From Adineta vaga (Eukaryota > Animalia > Rotifera): a stretch of 64,000 nt of DNA. The stretch lies in assembly GCA_021613535.1 (NCBI GenBank), contig CP075494.1, forward strand, positions 1,612,001-1,676,000. Reading direction: 5' to 3'. Shown here piece after piece: positions 63,370 through 64,000 of this stretch (position 1 is its first letter; every line of letters starts with the position of its first letter). The translations under genes and the position numbers were made by a program. The notes under the pieces are model-generated. The model was not told the DNA's origin. It saw nothing but the letters and a program-made list of their open reading frames with translations, and did not search any database.

Positions 63370-64000
63370 TAAAATATTTTTGTTAAATATAAATTATATT
63401 ATTCTACAATACAAAACTAATATGTTGCTCAAATCATTTCCTCAAAATAAAACAAGATTAAATATTTGTTCAACTGATATTTTATTCTTTCTGATTTCTC
63501 TTTTATTATTCGATATGTTATCCGAAAGTTATGTGTACTGAAAAAAGTGTATGAGATAGAAGATATAGAAAAATATCAGTATTTTTTCAATAACTCAGCA
63601 ATTATTAGTTCGTCCAGCTAGGTTCATCTACCAATTCGAGCGAGATATTGATGAGACGACTACATGCACAACATTTCAGCTCAATCGAATGTATTTTTGA
63701 AGAGTTATTGAATTAAACGGCCGGCCGGACATACTAACCGATTCTAATAGTGTACTCACTTTTTGTGAATCGAAGATATGTATAATAATCACATGTTATG
63801 AAGAAAAAGTGTTTTTATTGAATATTTACCTGATATGAAATTGATCAGAAATAGAAGAATTAATTGTTTAGAACTCAAATTCTTCAATAACATTATTTCT
63901 CTTTAACAGACAAATGATTTTTTTCTCATTAATAATATTTCAAAAAAAATCTATATTTTTCTAAATTTAGTCAAATGTTATTTCTAAAAATATAGAAATC

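Overview
AT-rich eukaryotic genomic DNA with short (~55-bp) GT-AG introns. The gene families (F-box/LRR, LDLa-EGF-7TM, NHL, TPR, Cys-rich membrane proteins) and the TGAGGG/TGTGGG hexamers point to a bdelloid rotifer (inference). The window is a mosaic of a few intact genes, several single-lesion pseudogenes and many gene fragments (IDE, TPR, ABCC, G-alpha-q, iGluR, F-box), plus DNA transposons (Tc4/Tc5-like, two MULE remnants, hAT- and CACTA-type MITEs). The most notable pattern is about 18 copies or arms of a short (mostly 36-90 bp) imperfect palindrome with telomere-like arms (TTGAGGGTGTGGG...CCCACACCCTCAA). It has an oriented purine-rich core and no target-site duplication where checked. 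The copies partition the region into roughly one-gene modules and often sit exactly where a gene is cut off. A 2.75-kb foldback structure has replaced part of the Tc5-like transposase; it consists of inverted 52-bp satellite arrays around a 40/120-bp higher-order array built from the same motif. Three apparent paralogous ORFs at 24.9-32.2 kb are three exons of one tandem-domain gene with hypervariable patches. All calls are by eye; no searches were run.
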